A stretch of 26,035 nt of DNA from a virus (taxonomy: Duplodnaviria; Caudoviricetes): positions 1 through 26,035 of the IMG/VR virus record IMGVR_UViG_3300035493_000067. One strand, 5' to 3'. Below, piece by piece: positions 24,287 through 26,035 of this stretch. The notes beneath the pieces are model-generated. The model did not search any database and had not been told where the DNA came from. It worked only from the letters and a program-made list of their open reading frames with translations. The first letter of the stretch is position 1. Every line of letters begins with the position of its first letter. The translations under genes and the position numbers were made by a program.

Positions 24287-24303
24287 AACGAGAGAGGAAA
24301 GGA

Positions 24304-24639
24304 ATGATGAGTATCACCGCCATGACCACACTCAAGAGAGTGCTGGATGCTGTCCGTGCAGAAGCACCGGAGCTACCGACACAGCAGCTGCACGCTTTGT
24401 TGGTCATCGGGCTAGATGAGGGACTGTCGGTCCAGGACGTGCAGAAACGTACCGGCATGACCAACTCCAGCGGCTCCCGCAACGTGCGTGCCCTGATGGA
24501 ATACGCGGGAGAAGGGCGGAAGGGTCTCCACTGGGTTGACTGGAAGCCGAACCCGCAGAACCTGCGCGAGAAGCTGCTGTACCTGAGCCCGAAGGGTAAG
24601 GAAGTGATGGACAAGATGATGAAGGTGATGGAGGGATGA
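24304..24639 (+). CDS. MarR-like winged-helix protein upstream of integrase (repressor or directionality-factor candidate)
   Basis: GAGG RBS; E.P.QQL..LL.I...EG.S...V....GM..SS.SRNV..L helix-turn-helix and P.N.REK..YLSPKG wing. Confidence 0.85.
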   Translation: MMSITAMTTLKRVLDAVRAEAPELPTQQLHALLVIGLDEGLSVQDVQKRTGMTNSSGSRNVRALMEYAGEGRKGLHWVDWKPNPQNLREKLLYLSPKGKEVMDKMMKVMEG

Positions 24640-24640
24640 G

Positions 24641-25705
24641 ATGGCCACCCGCAAGCGCGGTAACAAGTGGCGGACGGAGTTCATAGTCGAGGGCCAGCGG
24701 TACGTCCGCTACTTCGATGACGAAGGTGAAGGCAAGGCCTGGGAAGCATACGTCCGCCTCCAGGTCGCAAGAGGACAGCCGCTACACGACGATGTGCTTG
24801 GCGGTGACAAACCGATGACCCTTGGCGAGGCCTTCAAGCTCGCCTGTGCAGCATGGGAGGGAACGAAGAACCGCAAGATGGCAGTGAGCAACGCTGAGGA
24901 TGTCCTGAATTTCCTCGGCAAGGACTTCCCGGTGGCCAAGGTCGGCAAGGTCGAGTTCGACTCTCTGGTCAAACACTTCCGCAGCCGGGACCTTTCCGAT
25001 TCCACGATCAATCGGAAGATGGCCTCGCTGAGCAAGATGATGTCGCTCGCCTCCGAACACGGTGAGCCCATCAACTTCAAGATCAAGATCCTCAAGGAAC
25101 CCGAAGGACGCCTACGCTACCTCACACCGGAGGAGGAGGTGGCCGTACTGCAAGACCTTCAAGAGAACGAGGGTGGTGTGTTCGCTGACTTCGTGAGGGT
25201 AGGCATCGACACTGGTGGTCGCCTGTCCGAACTGCTGGCGATGGAGCCTCGGTGGCTCAGGAGGGACCCGCAAGGCCGCCTGACGCTGACCTTCCCGGCG
25301 CGTGTCACGAAGAGCGCCAAGAGCCGTACCATCCCTGTGCCTGCCCGCTCGGTCGACATCCTGCTCAATCGAATGGACGGCAAACAGGTGTGGCCTGAGC
25401 ATTGGAACCAGCACACCATCACCCACGCATGGGCACGCTCCCGGTCCCGGCTACAGATCAGTGACCCCGAGTTCGTCTTCCATGCCTGTAGGCACACCTG
25501 TGCCACCCGCCTGCTCCAGAAGACAGGCAACCTCGTCCTGGTGAGGGACTGGTTGGGTCACTCCGATATCCGTGTCACGACCAGATACACCAAGGTAGTA
25601 GGCGACACCCTGCTGGCCGGAGCTGCGGCTCTCGACAGCTTTCACACCCCATCCACACCAACTTTTTCTGGTGTGGAATCTGGTGTGGATTTCGAGCCCG
25701 TTTGA
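24641..25705 (+). CDS. int: Tyrosine recombinase / phage integrase
   Basis: N-terminal arm-binding-like RKRGNKW domain; TGGRLSE (R), TKSAKSR (K), FHACRHT (HxxR), LGHS, TTRY (Y). Confidence 0.96.
   Translation: MATRKRGNKWRTEFIVEGQRYVRYFDDEGEGKAWEAYVRLQVARGQPLHDDVLGGDKPMTLGEAFKLACAAWEGTKNRKMAVSNAEDVLNFLGKDFPVAKVGKVEFDSLVKHFRSRDLSDSTINRKMASLSKMMSLASEHGEPINFKIKILKEPEGRLRYLTPEEEVAVLQDLQENEGGVFADFVRVGIDTGGRLSELLAMEPRWLRRDPQGRLTLTFPARVTKSAKSRTIPVPARSVDILLNRMDGKQVWPEHWNQHTITHAWARSRSRLQISDPEFVFHACRHTCATRLLQKTGNLVLVRDWLGHSDIRVTTRYTKVVGDTLLAGAAALDSFHTPSTPTFSGVESGVDFEPV
25641..25690. repeat. Putative integrase arm-type binding sites (TCCACACCA units)
   Basis: TTCACACCC (25641) and TCCACACCA (25652) on +, and two TCCACACCAG units on - (25668-25690), about 105-155 bp from the att core. 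Confidence 0.75.
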
Positions 25706-25732
25706 GGGACTCGCCAAATTCTCTAGTGGAGG

Positions 25733-25745
25733 CAACCCGTTGATT
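25733..25745 (-). promoter_or_regulatory. IHF consensus site in the att arm
   Basis: CAACCCGTTGATT is the reverse complement of WATCAANNNNTTR, between the arm repeats and the core as in lambda attP. Confidence 0.7.
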
Positions 25746-25793
25746 TCATTGCGGTTTCGTTTTGGCAGGTATGCGGACTGACGGTTAGGGTAC

Positions 25794-25839
25794 GATTGCA
25801 AATCCGTGTACGCCGGTTCGATTCCGACATCGGCCTCCA
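25794..25839 (+). other. Prophage att site (attR): displaced 3' half of tRNA-Cys(GCA)
   Basis: GA-TTGCAAA-TCCGT anticodon loop (GCA 25798-25800), GCCGGTTCGATTCCGAC T-arm, ATCGGCC-T-CCA end. There is no matching 5' acceptor strand or D-arm upstream, so it is not an intact tRNA. Confidence 0.92.
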
Positions 25840-25847
25840 TATCAAGA

Positions 25848-25879
25848 GCCCCGCAGATGATGAATCTGCGGGGTTTTTT
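25848..25879 (+). terminator. Intrinsic terminator of the host tRNA locus
   Basis: GCCCCGCAGAT-GATGA-ATCTGCGGGGT followed by a T run. Confidence 0.9.
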
Positions 25880-26035
25880 GTTTCTTGCGCTAAAGTGCCT
25901 CAGCGCAGGCGGCGCACGCCAACTATCAGCCAGAACAATAGGCCGAGCAGCGGAAACAGGGCGATGCCCAGTGCCCATATGGCTTTCGAGCCGACACTGC
26001 GTTCGCTCTTGAATACGCTGATGATGGCCAGAAGA

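Larger units (their letters stand above)
1..25839 (+). mobile_element. Integrated temperate T7-like (Autographiviridae-type) prophage, right part; left part lies outside the window
   Basis: Co-oriented T7-order structural module (gp9-gp19 equivalents), then early region, tyrosine integrase and a 3' tRNA fragment with terminator. This circularly permuted order is what integration of a circularised T7-like genome at an attP just downstream of int would give. Confidence 0.93.

Noticed and set aside
20400-25690. Simple invertible segment or transposon bounded by the 23-bp inverted repeats
   Set aside because: The right repeat lies inside the int coding sequence and has tandem arm-site structure rather than core-site or IS-end structure; no transposase or target duplication is present.
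25766-25839. Intact tRNA-Cys gene
   Set aside because: Only the anticodon loop to CCA is present; the 5' anticodon strand (TACGA) does not fully pair with TCCGT, and no acceptor 5' strand or D-arm exists upstream.
25451-26012. ORFs 25451-25978 (-) and 25806-26012 (+)
   Set aside because: They run through the att/tRNA fragment and terminator; the translations are artefacts of tRNA sequence.

Overview
Almost the whole window (1..~25839, all genes on +) is the right-hand ~26 kb of an integrated, temperate T7-like (Autographiviridae-type) podophage in a GC-rich proteobacterium. Gene order: scaffold, major capsid, tail tube A/B, internal virion proteins gp13-16, two tail-fibre/adhesin modules, lysis genes, HNH and terminase small/large subunits. 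These are followed by a wHTH + secreted-protein cassette, the non-coding junction of the genome ends, three tandem sigma70 early promoters with boxA and RNase III-like hairpins, small early genes, a second MarR-like wHTH and a tyrosine integrase. The prophage ends at an att site formed by the 3' half of a tRNA-Cys(GCA) gene with its terminator. The most unusual signals are: (i) a near-perfect inverted copy of the integrase arm-type repeat plus an IHF consensus site 5.3 kb from att, at the presumed genome-end junction; (ii) a family of TCCCG-N4-CGGGA operator-like sites phased to the early promoters; (iii) a Cys-rich radical-SAM-like protein as the first early gene; (iv) a SutA-like early protein; (v) a start-codon-less extended Shine-Dalgarno in the capsid leader. 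All family assignments come from motif recognition and synteny by eye; no database search was run.
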